A DNA stretch of 63,886 bases, the filler included, from Chiloscyllium plagiosum (lineage: Eukaryota), in assembly GCF_004010195.1 (NCBI RefSeq). It is 4 parts of one record of this genome, joined end to end, with 100 filler letters (N's around TTAATTAATTAA, not from the genome) between each part and the next. Parts side by side here need not be neighbours in the genome. Positions count along the whole stretch, not along the records: positions 36,277 to 61,611 come from NC_057715.1; 3 more parts are not named here. One strand, written 5' to 3'. Position 1 is the first letter of the stretch, and each line of letters opens with the position of its first letter. The notes below the pieces were generated by a model. The model ran no database searches, was not told where the DNA came from, and was given only the letters and a program-made list of their open reading frames with translations. Both the position numbers and the translations under genes were made by a program. Below, piece by piece: positions 36,939-48,997 of this stretch.

Positions 36939-38637
36939 TGTTACGACTCAGAGATGAACCCCTCTGCTAATTAAACCAAATACCCAGAAAAACACATTTC
37001 ACTTCATAATCTGTTAAAATATGATTAACAGAGAACTCCCAAATCTGACTATTTAAAGAAAATACCTTCAATTTATTTTTTAACTTTAAAAGTGAATATT
37101 GAGCAACAAGTGTTCACAACTTTCTATGTTTCTCCTTTCCTCTTTCTCTTAACTGCTGCTTATCTGACTCCAACTCTATAACAATATGGTATTCCAATAA
37201 ACACTTAGTAAAATTACATCAACTTAATTTAAAAACCACACAACCACTGTCATTTTCAGAGTCTGTCTTCTCCCAGCTGAAGATCTCCCTGGGTCATCTT
37301 CTTTCTTTTTACTGCAAGTATATTTCATATGAAAAGATACCTTTTATCGAGACGGTCTCCTAATTTATTGGGTCTTGTTTGATGGCAGATTTTCAATATC
37401 CCTAATTTTCAAAATGCCTGCATTTTATGTCCCCAACATTGGATTGTCTTGTTGGTTCAATGTTGGCAAAACAATAAATTCAAACTCGATTAGGTTTTAG
37501 TATCCTGGGGCATAATTTAAACTGATTGGTTAAATTCAAATTGTTGTCAAAAATAGCAACCAAAACGCAGGTATCAATTTCACAGCCAGATGTTACATAT
37601 TTTCAATTTTCCAATATACTCTGGGACTGCCATCTAGTCATATCACAGATGCTTATAATCTCTCAGTTCAAAACAACTTTCACTCCCTGTTAAAGGTACT
37701 GTACATGCCTTCAACTTAACATTTCCCACTTCAGAAAAAAAGAATCATCATGATGAAAAGAAGGCTTCATTTCTTTCTAATTCTTAATCTCATTACAATA
37801 AAATATATAGGTAATTAACCTAAGTTATACTTTCATATTAATTTTTGCAGACATACATATAACATTGGAATCTGTCCAATCATATATACTTTAAATCCAT
37901 TATAACAATTTGCTTTCACATTTTATGACCTGCAATATGTACAGTTTGTAAATTAAAAGTCTGTAACATGAGACTCAAATGAAATAGTCTCATATTTTTA
38001 TCTTATAAATCTTTCCAAGAATGTAAGAGGATTGTGGTCAGTGTACACAACTGTCTCTGACACATTGTTCATCACAGAAACATTAAAATGTTGTATGGCC
38101 AGTACCAAGCTCAATGATTCTTTTTCAATGATAGAGTATTTTCTCTGGTGGGTATTGAGTTTCTTTGAAAAGTAGCCAATTGGCTTTTCAATTTCATCAT
38201 TACAGTACCGCTCAAACTCCTATATTGCTGGCATTGATTGCAACTTTGAAGATTTTGGTGTAGCTCAAATTGGTGTGGTGGTTAATACTGCTTTTAATTC
38301 TCAAATGCCTCCTGGCATTGTTTGTCCACCGAAATTTTGTGTTCTTCTTTAGTAAATCTGTCAGCAGTGCCACCATGCTGCTGTAGTTTGGAACAAACTT
38401 CCAATCGAATCCACTTTGTCCCAAAAAGCGAAGCACCTCTTTCTTCGAGGATGGTCATGAAAATTCCTCAATGGCCTTCGTCTTTGCCATCCTTGAGGTC
38501 AACCTCTCATGACCGTTTATGTGCCAAGAACGTCACCTCTGCCTTTGCAAATTCTGTTTTCTTTTAGTTTATTTCTAATTTTGCTTCACGTAATTGTTCA
38601 AAGAGCTCTGCCAACTGTACCATGTAATCTTTCCACT
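36939..38637 (-). mobile_element. Second Gypsy remnant of the same family as 13204-16375 (RT end, RNase H, 3' LTR 36939-37721)
   Basis: Collinear similarity to 13204-14910; LTR termini TGTTA...TAACA; ORF 38212-38436 (FVPNYSSMVALLTDLLKK). Confidence 0.85.
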
Positions 38638-39067
38638 TGTTAAAGAATTTCTCCAGACTCAGACCTTGAGTATTTACAAATTTTATTGCATGATAGCATG
38701 GGGAGCACACCTGTCCTAAGCATGGTCTGGCGTTACTCCAGAGTGCTCCAGATTGATGTGGGTCTAAATAGCACAACAAATGCTGAGCTGACAGTTGATC
38801 AATCAGGCACAAAACCACAAGTCGGCCTGCATGGTTTTACACGATGTAAAGTCCAAAGTCAGCCTTGCATAGATAGTACATAACGAGCTATTGTTTTCAG
38901 ACCTTGAGTAATGCATACTCCAGATTCACCTGTTAATAATGTTTGCCTGGGTTGTGGTTTCATTTACCAGATGGCTGCAGATAAATGAGTCAGCAAAGAG
39001 ATGGGTTGCAAAAGAAAGTAACACAAAGAGCTGCAGAAAAACAGAAGTCAGTAAAGCAGCTTCCACA
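38638..39067 (-). repeat. Putative ERV 3' LTR
   Basis: Minus strand: purine-rich AAAAACAAGGGAT, then TGTGG...TTTAACA; AATAAA at 38682-38687 (minus). No second LTR is present to confirm. Confidence 0.55.
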
Positions 39068-39329
39068 ATCCCTTGTTTTTGATCACAAGACCAAAGTAAT
39101 AGGTCAGGATCACTTGCAAAAGGGTGAATTGTAGCTGGAGCACAGGGTTTATCCAGTGGTGAGTATTTGGATTCCAAAGGGTAGTCCTCAGGGTCAATAT
39201 GTCAGAACCCGTGGATTCTGACTATTGGAGTTCTGTGTCAGGGTAAGGGATGCCAGCAAAGTGGACCTTGACCAGTTGGGATTTTAATGCAACAGAGGGC
39301 AGCATTAAGCTCACACAGTGAGCTAAAAT

Positions 39330-40570
39330 TCACACAACACTATTTCATGCAGATGACAAAAATTGAAATAACAACAATAATGACGACTAAGAAATGAGGC
39401 CTTTTATGATTGTCCCCAGGGACCGCACCGTCCACTCATTAAACTCCACAGATCCCAAAGGGAGCTAGTGTCAAGAAGCTTGGAGGCAGACTTCCGAATG
39501 TGATTGACAAGGTTGGTGATGTTTTCACTGGTGGTGGGAATATAGGTGTAACAGTCTGAGCCAATAAGCGCCCAGGTGCCCCCTTTCTCAGCCAGTAGTT
39601 AATCTAAAACCATTCTATTTTGTAGGGCAATTGTATGAATGGCAACCACCTCCGCACTAAGTTCCTCAAGGGCTGTCTCCGTGTCATTCTCTATTTCTTA
39701 ATGAACTGCAGCCATTTGTCTGACTTCCTTTGTCAGTTGAGCTGTCCCATCAAAGGGAAAGAGAATGAAAATTGAGCAGTTCTTTGCCAGTTTCAGCTGT
39801 CTTGGTGCAAGGCCAAGGCCATTTGAACAGGGAGGAGAGCAAGTGATAAATAAAGGGGACCACATGCCCTACATAGCAACTACCAGTCCAGAAGGCTGGC
39901 AGCAAGGTGTAGGCTTTGTGACCACAAATGAAAAGGGAGCCATTGTAAGTTGTCAAGGGATGGATCGGATTTTCAAACCAAGCCATTGTAAAATTACATT
40001 TAGAAGTATGGTTGAGAACGTCAAGGCTAGGGATACTCCCAGTGGAAGTGGGGTAAGGAGCAAGGAATGGATATGTTTACTGGTTCCAGCATTCCATCCT
40101 AACATGTGGTTGCTTTTGAAACAGATGGTTCCCATGGGTGTACCCTTTCCTGTGGTATTAGTGAGGAATAGAGCCAGAGGCACATGTGAGAGGTTGCACT
40201 GAGCTTGGAACCAACCCTTATACTTCTCCATATTATAACCTGCGGATTCCCAAGTAGACCTACCGTCAGCGGAATAATTACGCCTGTCTGGACCTCACAC
40301 AAAAACCCTAAGCTTAAGCCTCACCCTAACCTTATCAGAATTGTACATTCAACTCCCCCCCCCCCTCCCAATATGGGATATGGGCGCGTACCCTGCAGCT
40401 AGAGCATTCTGTGTGTAAATGTAAGTCATATAAAGAAAAGTGTTGACATGCAAATCCCTTGCAACAGAGTAAATTATCCCATCTTCTCTGTTGCCCTCAT
40501 GTCCAGTCAGCATGAACAAGGCAATGAGGAGCACCGAGGTTGAAGTGGCGATCAGTCTCCACATATTGCG
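39330..40570 (-). pseudogene. Endogenous retrovirus env, gamma-type, decayed
   Basis: Signal-like hydrophobic stretch MWRLIATSTSVLLIALFML; FICGHKAYTLLPAFWTGSCYVG; immunosuppressive domain ALQNRMVLD*LLAEKGGTWALIGSDCYTYIP at ~39537-39630. Confidence 0.85.
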
Positions 40571-40799
40571 GCTGGTGAATAAACTGATGCTTGTATCCCT
40601 CTGGGGATGGCGCTCTCTTGCAGCGAATTCCATGTGTCCGCTCAGGTCATTCCTTGACCTTGACAGCCATCTGGGTTACCAGGAGGAAGAGATATGGGCC
40701 TTTTCACCTAGAAGAGAGAGAAGTCTTTTCAAATGATTTTATCATGACATAGTCCCCAGATTTGAAGGGATGCATTGCATCATCACTAGGTGCAGGAGT

Positions 40800-41405
40800 G
40801 GCCTCCTTTACTAGATCATGGTTACAGGTAATCACCTTGCAGAGTGCTTTGACATATTTGAAGAGCTTCCAGGAAATTTCGGAGATCTTACCCTGATACA
40901 GGGTATACAGGGCTAATGGTAGGGCTTCTGACCAAGGCAGGCCCGTGTCCTGTGTGATCTTTGTCAGGGTGGTTTAAGGGTATCATTCATCTGTTCCACC
41001 ATACCTGAGGACTGGGGCTGATAGGGAATATGGTATTTCCAAATGATGCCTCGTGCTTTACTAACGTTGCCTGTGACTACCGCGGTAATTTGAGTGCCTC
41101 TGTCACTGTTGATGCTCCCTAGAATTCCAAACATAGAGATCACATCCTTCATGATACATTTGACCACTGTTCTAGGAACATCTTTCCTTGTGGGGAAGGC
41201 CTGTATCATTTAGAAAACATGTCGACAATTACCAACACGTACTTAAAACCCTGTTTAGCTGGCATGTGTATGAAATCAATCTGTAAATGATTAAAGGGTC
41301 CATCTGGGACTGGCAGACGATCATACTTGGTGAAAGGTTTAGCATTGTTATTTTGTTAGACATATTGTGCTACTGCTGTTAAGCCTGGTGTGTACCAAGC
41401 TTGTC
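40800..41405 (-). pseudogene. Endogenous retrovirus integrase core, decayed
   Basis: PDGPFNHLQIDFIHMP...YVLVIVDMFSK, INSDRGTQI, HIPYQPQSSGMVEQMNDTLK. Confidence 0.88.
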
Positions 41406-41407
41406 GT

Positions 41408-43730
41408 ACTGGAAATACGATAGTTCGAGTACTTTAGATGGGTCCGCTTTTGTCCAATGTGTGCAGAATGGTTTCCTGACACAGTATGTAGACAAGCCAA
41501 TAAGTTCCAAGGCCACATTGAATTTGGTACTGGGAAATGTACCCGGTCAGATGTTAGATTTGGAGGTAGTGAGTACTTTGATAGTGCCCACAATTTGGTT
41601 ATGTTTGCTTGAGCAATGGAGAGAGATAGGTATATATCTCATGGCAAGAGTTATAGCTGGGGAAAGGCAATTATGATGTGATTAGGCAAGATTTAGGATG
41701 CGTAGGATGGGAAGGTAACTGTCAGGGATGGATCCAATTAAAATGTGGAGCTTATTCAAGGAACAACTACTTCGTGTCCTTGATAAGTATGTACCTGTCA
41801 GGCAAGGAGAAAATGGTTGAGAGAGGGAGCCTTGGTTTACAAAAGAGGTCAAATTCTAGTCAAGAGGAAGAAGGAGGCTTATGTTAGGATGAGACATGAA
41901 GGCTTGAGAGTTGCAAGTTAGCCAGGAAAGACCTAAAGAGAAAACTCAGAAGAGCCAGGAGGGGACATGAGAAGTCTTTGGCAGATAGAATGAAGGAAAA
42001 CCCTAATTCTTTCTGTTGATATTTCAGGAATGAAAGGATGACTAAGAATAATATTAGGGCCACTCAAGGACCATAGTGCGAGGTTGTGCGTAGAGTCTAA
42101 GGAATTAGGAGAAGCTCTAAATGAATATTTTTCATCAGCAATCACACTGGAAAAAGACGATGTTGTTGAGAATACTGAGATACAGGCGACTAGACTAGAT
42201 GGGATTGAGGTTCACAATGGAGAGGTGTTAGTAATTCTGGAAAGTGTGAAAACAGACAATCACCATGGGCTGGATGGGGTTTATCATAGGATTCTCTGGG
42301 AAGCCACGGAGGAGATTGCAGGGCCTTTGGCTTTGATCTTTGTGCAGTCATTGTCTACAGGAATAGTGCCAGAAGACTGGTGGAGAGAAAATGTTGTCCT
42401 CTTGTTCAAGACGGGGATTAGATATAACCCTGGCAATTATTGGCCTGTATGCCTTACTTTGGTAGTGGATCAAGTGTTGGAAAGGGTTATAAGAGGTAGG
42501 ATTTATAATCATCTAGAAAGGAATAAGCTGATTAGGGATAGTCAACATGGTTTTGTGACCGGTAGGTCATGCCTCACTAACCTTCTTGAGTTCTTTGAGA
42601 TGGTGAACAAACAGGTGGATGAGGATAAAGCAGTTGATGTGTATATGGATTCTAGTAAAGCGTTTGACAAGGTTCCCCATGACAGGCTATTGCACAAAAT
42701 ACGGAGGCATGGGATTGAGAGTGATTTCGCTGGTCAGATCAGAAATTGGCTGGCTGAAAGAAGACAGAGGGTGGTGGCTGATGGGAAATGTTCATCCTGG
42801 AGTTCAGTTACCAGTGGGGTGCTACAAGGATCTCTTTTGGGTCCACTGCTATCACTCATTTATATAAATTACCTGCATGAGGGTGTAGAAGGATGGGTTA
42901 GTAAATTTGCCGATGACACTAAGGTCAGTGGAGTTATGGACAGCGTTGAAGGATGTTGCAGGTTGCAGAGGGGCATAGATAAACTGCAGAGCTGGGCTGA
43001 GAGGCAAATGGAGTTTAATGTGGAAAAATGTGAGGTGATTCACAGGAATAAAGAGTACTGGGCTAATGGTAAGAGATGAGCAGAGAGATCTCGGTGTCCG
43101 TGTATGTAGATTCCTGAAAGTTGCCACCCAGGTTGATAGGGTTGTTAAGAAAGCATACAGTGCGTTAGCTTTTATTGGTAGAGTGATTGAGTGTTGAAGC
43201 CATGTTTCAGCTGTACAAAACCCTAGTGCAGTCACACTTGGAGTATTGCATTATATGAAGGATGTGGAAGCTTTGGAAAGGGTTCAGAGATGATTTACTA
43301 GGATGTTACCTGGTATGGAGGAAAGGCTGAGGGAACTAAGGATATTTTCATTAGAGAGAAGAATGTTGAGAGGTGATTAATTGAGACACATAAGATAATC
43401 AGAGGGTTAGATTGGGTGGACAGTGAGATCCTTTTTTCTGGATGGTGATGGCTAGCACAAGGGACATCACTTTAAATTGAGGGGTGTAAGATATAGGACA
43501 GATGTCAGAGGTAGTTTCTTTTCTCAGAGAGCAGTGGGGGCATGGAACGTCCTGCCTGCAACAGTAGTAGACTTGCAAACTATACAGGGATTTAACGGTC
43601 ATTGGATAAACATATGGACAAAAATAGAATAGTGTTGGATAGATAGGCTTGAGATTGATTCCACAGGTCGGTGCAACATTGAGGGCTGAAGGGCCTGTAT
43701 TGCGCTGTTTATGTTCTATGCATGTTCTAT
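41408..43730 (+). mobile_element. 5'-truncated CR1 LINE inserted in ERV pol
   Basis: 331-aa ORF 42084-43079 with RT motifs (FADDTK); GTTCTAT-type tail at ~43712-43730. Confidence 0.92.
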
Positions 43731-44940
43731 CCCCATGGGTAGGCAGTGCAACAACATGCAAGTAGGCTTTAGGACAAAGGAACCTTCCATCAGGGTGCAC
43801 TATTAGCCATCTTTTTCGGCTTGTGGAGTGTGTTGCTGTGCGGCTCGTCTTCCCTCTACTAAATCCGAAGCCTTTGTTGTTTCCCCTGCCTTTGGAGTTT
43901 ATAGAACCCATACAATGGAAGCTAATGCTGGTGTCTAGCAGCTTGGTCAGCATAAACATTTTCTCGGACGACTGGGTCGTCAGCGATGGTATGGGCAGAG
44001 CATTTTATCACAGCTACTGCAGAGGGGAGCATAATACCCTGTTAAAGATTGTTGATGATCAGGGCATGCTGCCAGGGCCTCCCAGAAGAGGTAAGAAATT
44101 CTCTATGCGTCCACAGGGTTCCAAAATCATGTACAACTCCAAAGGCATATCTGGAGTCAGTGTAAAAGTTAACAGACATTTAGTCAGCATGGATACAGGC
44201 TCTGCTAAGGACAAACAGTTTGGTTACCTGTCCAGAAGTTCTTACCGGCCGTGCCGTGGATTCAAGTGTCTCAAAAGATGTGCACATTGCATAGCCAGCT
44301 AGCATTTGGTGATCTGAGGGCGAAAAAGAGGAGCCATCGTAAAAAGGATTATATCTGGGTTGTCTAACGGAGTTTCAGAGAGGTCGGGGTGTGGGATGAC
44401 AAACTCTCGGACTACATGCAGACAACCGTGGTCCTCTGCCGGGGAATCTTGTATAACAGGGAGAAGGGTGGCAGAGTTTAAAGTGGGGCGTGCTGAAGCA
44501 TAAGATTAGTGCGAGAAAGTAAGACGACCTCATAGCCTGTTCTCCTTGATGCCGTAAAATGCTGAGTCGCTGCTGAATTAAGGGGAGCGTAAGAGGTGTA
44601 ACAAGGCGGCCTGCAAACCTTTCCTCATCCCTAAGGATTAGGGGTGTGGGGAAAAGGGTCATGGAGAGTATAGGCAGACCTGTTGAGGCTGTCGCTGTGG
44701 AGAAATTTGTTATTGTTGTGGTTACAACTGTTGAGGGCTACTGGACCAGCATTCTCACACCTAGTGGCAGAGCTTCCCACGTGCCCTGCACCTATCTCTG
44801 CTTTTATCCCTTTGCTGCTGTCCCTGATTCCATGCCTGTGTTAACTGGGGGTATGTGTCCTTCACCTTCTTGGAATTGAAAAGATCCTGTTGATCCATAT
44901 TGGTAAGGGCAGTGACAAGGTCTGCCAGTTGTGGCACAAC
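43731..44940 (-). pseudogene. ERV RNase H / integrase N-terminus and possible gag remnant
   Basis: SVNFYTDSRYAFGVVHDFGTLW...FLTSSG and AVIKCSAH...NVYADQAA at ~43935-44210. The 44300-44940 part is unassigned and only possibly gag. Confidence 0.75.
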
Positions 44941-44959
44941 ACTAAGTTCAAACTAACTT

Positions 44960-46465
44960 AGACACCTCTCAAATTACTTTCACCTATGTGCTTGTCCAGC
45001 AGTGGCTTAAATATACCAAATGTCTCTGACTCTACCATCACCATTGGCAGTGCATTCCACATGCCAAACTCTCTGCTTAAAGAACCCACCTTTGACATCT
45101 CCTCTACAGTTATAACGCCTTGCGACAGCCAGTTCTGCCCAGGGGAAAAGGCTCTGGTTATCTACTCTATCTAAGCCTTGTGCACCTCTATCAAGTCATT
45201 TCTCTTTCTTCTTCTCTCCAGTATGAAAAGTCCAAGCTCCCTTAACCTCCAAGACAAGCCTTCCAATCCTGGCAGCATGCTGCTAAATTTCCTCTGCATC
45301 CTCTCTAAAGCATCTACATCATTCCTATATTAAGCAACTAGAACTGGGCACCATGCCCCACATGTGGCCTAACCAGGGTTCTATAGAGCTGTCACAAAAC
45401 CTCCTGGCTCTTACACTCAATGCACCTGTTAAAGCCAAAACATAATATGCCTTCTTTAGAACCCTATCAGCTTGGGTGGCAACTCTTCCATCCATTTCCA
45501 TAGAAATCCTCCAAGATCTTGCTGTTCCGCCACACTACTAAAGGGTCTGCATTCAGCATTCAAACTCTACCTCCCAAAGTGAGTCACTTGGCATTTATCC
45601 ATTTGAACTCCATCTGCCACTTTTCAGCCTAGCTCTGCATTATGTTAATTTCATGTTGTAGCCTGCAACAGCCCTCGACACTATCTACAACACCCCTGAC
45701 TTTTGTGTCATCAGCAAACTTACCAACCCACCCTTCCACTTCTTCATCCAAGTCATTGTAGCTTCTTTAAAAGAGCAGAGGCCCAAGAACCAATCCCTGC
45801 AGACACCACTGGTCACTGACCTCCAGTCGGAATACTTTCCATCCCCTACGACTCAGTTTTTTTTTCAGCCAGCCAATTCTATATTCACACTGCCAAATCT
45901 CCTTGCGTCCCATACCTCCTAAAATTTCTGAATGAGCTTACTGTAGGGTGTCTCATCAAATGTCTTACTGAAATCCATTACACTACATCCACTGCTTGAC
46001 CTTTGAGGATGTGACAAGACAAGTTGACAAAGAACTCAATAAGGCTTGAGGCATGACCTGACCTTCATAATGCTATGCTATCTTTAATCAAAGAAAGAAT
46101 TTATGACTATTTGGAAAACAAATCTCCGAATTGTTCCAGTACCTTGCTTGCCATCGACAAGCATGTACTGACAGAAATCCCTGAAAAATTACAGACCTAT
46201 GTTCCTTTTCTTGAACAATGTAACAACATTTGCCTCCCTCTAATCAGCCAGACTTATTCCAGTGGAGAGTGACCATCACCAGAGAGCAACCATCTTATTT
46301 TTCACTTCCTGTAGTAACTTTGAATATATCTCGTCCTGCCCCGAGGATTTGATGCTTCCCAGAATTTCTAGCATATCAACTTCCTTAATATCAATCTGTT
46401 CAAGTGTATTAATCTCGTCCAGTGTTTGCACTTTCAACAAGTCCCCTCTCTCCAGTTAATACTGG
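44960..46465 (-). mobile_element. Decayed CR1 3' half
   Basis: Reverse complement contains KFADDTKVRG and DFSKTFDE remnants. Confidence 0.8.
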
Positions 46466-47412
46466 TGTAGCTCCTTGGTCACTCTAAGTTGGTGTTGCAG
46501 GTAGCAAGACTATGAGTCTGAAAGGGGCCCTCCTGGTTTATGAATTTTGGGTAATCTGTACTGTTGGAGCAGTCTGGTTTCAATTTTTGGAAGTCTGTTA
46601 TACTTATTTCTCCAGATTTCTGAAGTTCTTTTTGAGTAGGTCTGTGAGCCAGTTCTCTAGTTGTGGGGTCTGGTTCTCAAACATTCTGTCTACAAAAAAA
46701 AAGGACAAATACAAGGTGACCATTTACCACCCCAAAAACTACAAAGACATTAGCCAAATGAGAGAATTATCAGGCAACACAACAATCCTTCTTTGGCAAG
46801 TGGCACTGTGCCATAGGCCCAGACCTCATGACAAAGAATTCACCACTATTAAAATTATACCTAGCCCAAAGATGGTTGTCATTGTTGAAGACCAATCAGC
46901 TCTGTGCCATGACAAAGTAGCTTGCTCTGCCAACACTTCAGTTGTATTAATGAAAGCCCTTCCAACAATGTCAGAAGTAGGGATGTGCCATAATTGAAGT
47001 CCAGAATTCAATTCATGACTCCGAAGGTAGTGAAACAGTCTATGTTCAAATGCAGCAATGCTAAGTTAACATCGTAAATTTTATTTATTTTCAAATTTAT
47101 TAGTCCAGTGACCAGTGACAGAACCTAATTATGTCTCCTTGATGTTTAAGAGTCATTCAAATACAGACCACAAACATACAATTTTGTGGCAAGTTACAGA
47201 ACCTCCTGACTCCCCAAGCCTGTCCACCATTTATAAGGCACAAGTCTACAAACATGCACCATTGCAAGTTGCCAGACCACTTATGATTAGGAGCTTCTGA
47301 TCGAGGTATACAAGATTATGAATGGAATAGATACAGGCAGCAGCCAGAGACTTTTGCCCAGGGCAGTATTGAGTGATACGAGGAAGGTATAAAGGAGATG
47401 GTAGAGGTAGGT

Positions 47413-47468
47413 TGAATGCATTGCCAGCTGTGAATGCATTGCCAGCTGTGAATGCATTGCCAGCTGTG
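47413..47468. repeat. 18-bp tandem repeat, 3 copies (TGAATGCATTGCCAGCTG)
   Basis: Three exact copies inside a CR1 3' remnant. Confidence 0.95.
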
Positions 47469-48121
47469 ACGGGGAAAGCAGAGGCATTCGGGACATTTAA
47501 ACAACTGGACAGCAATAGGGTAGGGGGAATGAGTCTGGGTAGGTTACTCTTCACAGCATCGGTGTGGACTTTTGCCACACTGTGGTGATTCTGAGAAAAA
47601 CAATACACAACCACTTCTGCGATATTTTCTGTACTCACTGTAAACAGTACAAAAGGTAAACCAGCAAAAGGGTGACAAAAGATTTTTTTCAAAATCCCAC
47701 TTATCAAAATTGTTGATTTAATCCAGCCATTGGCTGAATCAGGGGAATTAGTCAAGACAGTCACACAAATACAAGCAAACCAATTAGACTATGCTTTTAT
47801 AGAACAGAGACTAACTGTTCAAAATTTACCAGGTATTCCTTCAATTACATTGGCCAACAGCACTCCATTTCTTACTGTGAAACTCTTACAGAAAGCAGAT
47901 TTTTCCCTTTTAAGAAAGGCCTAAAAGAAATTGCGAAGTCTTTCACCATGAATGCATTCATCTTTCAGATACTCTATAGTCCTTCCAGTGTCATGAACTG
48001 AAATCCACAAAATTAGCGATTTGCAATCTTTGCAATAAATGTTCTGTATATTAATTTATAATAAAGTGCAAGTATACACAGCTTTGTGCAGATTGCCAGT
48101 CACCTAAAAAAATGCAAAATC

Positions 48122-48127
48122 TTTATT
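48122..48127 (-). terminator. Candidate polyadenylation signal of the CEP57-family gene
   Basis: AATAAA on the minus strand about 640 nt past the stop codon, in non-repetitive AT-rich sequence. Confidence 0.45.
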
Positions 48128-48763
48128 GAAATAAATTTTTCTCAAGCGTACTTTCTGCTGAATGCCAGGATCAGGGGCATAAATATAACATCATGGTCTA
48201 TTCATCTTTAAAAATAGACTAAAAACAGTTATGTATAAAATGTGCACAAACCATCATTTGCAATTAAAGTTGACAAATAAAAAATGTTATTTACACAAAC
48301 AATCGTCACCTACTCCATGCCTTGAATATATTGCTAGATAATTTTCCCTGAGATATGAATCTGGGGGTCATTAATTTGCAAACCTTTAGATTATTTTGTA
48401 ACTTCGTAATGCAGTACTGTTGAACTTCAAAGTAACTGCTGCTGTGACCACAGCAGACTAAAGTGAACTATTAGAGCAGCAGTAAAAGTAAAAAGACTTT
48501 CAGATCAAGTGAGTTTGAATTTTTCCCCAACTGAAGAACACACATGCACCTCAACACCTATAAGTTACAAGTCATGTAATTATTACAGTCAACGACAAGT
48601 CATTGAAGTGTAGTAGTTCACCAACAAGATTTAAAAGCTCCCATTTCACAAACAGACATTCACCATTTTTCACATAACATCTGATCAAAAAGATAGGAAT
48701 AATTGAAAAACAATTTGGATGACATAAGCATATTGGAGACTGAAGTTTCAAAAATACATCGCT

Positions 48764-48997
48764 TCAATAGCTCCAACAAACATCATCTTTTTGAAGAGTA
48801 GTTTGTAGGGTCTGCATATCTCTTAATAAACAAAGGCTCTTTTTGCTTTTAGTTCCTGGTCGCACTTGAATAGCAGTATCACTTCCTCTAGTTGTTGCTA
48901 CCCTGGCTTGCACGTCATTTAAATTCTTATGAGCTTTTTTCTGAGTTGACCCTCCACTGGTGTAATGCTTCCTCCTCATAGTTTCCTGCAGTTTAAG
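48764..48997 (-). CDS. CEP57: CEP57-family centrosomal protein, last coding exon
   Basis: Poly-T tract, AAG acceptor, then LKLQETMRRKH...KKSLCLLRDMQTLQTTLQKDDVCWSY*. C-terminus resembles CEP57/CEP57L1; exact orthology uncertain. Confidence 0.85.
   Translation of the reverse strand, partial: LKLQETMRRKHYTSGGSTQKKAHKNLNDVQARVATTRGSDTAIQVRPGTKSKKSLCLLRDMQTLQTTLQKDDVCWSY

Noticed and set aside
39330..40570. Possible domesticated (syncytin-like) env gene
   Set aside because: In-frame stop inside the immunosuppressive domain, frameshifts and lost cysteines.
43399..44302. 186-aa (minus) and 159-aa (plus) ORFs
   Set aside because: Off-frame or antisense readings across the CR1/ERV junction; the real RNase H frame is a different, interrupted one.
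46512..47764. 161-aa and 172-aa ORFs
   Set aside because: Run across decayed LINE fragments and an 18-bp tandem repeat; no recognisable protein.
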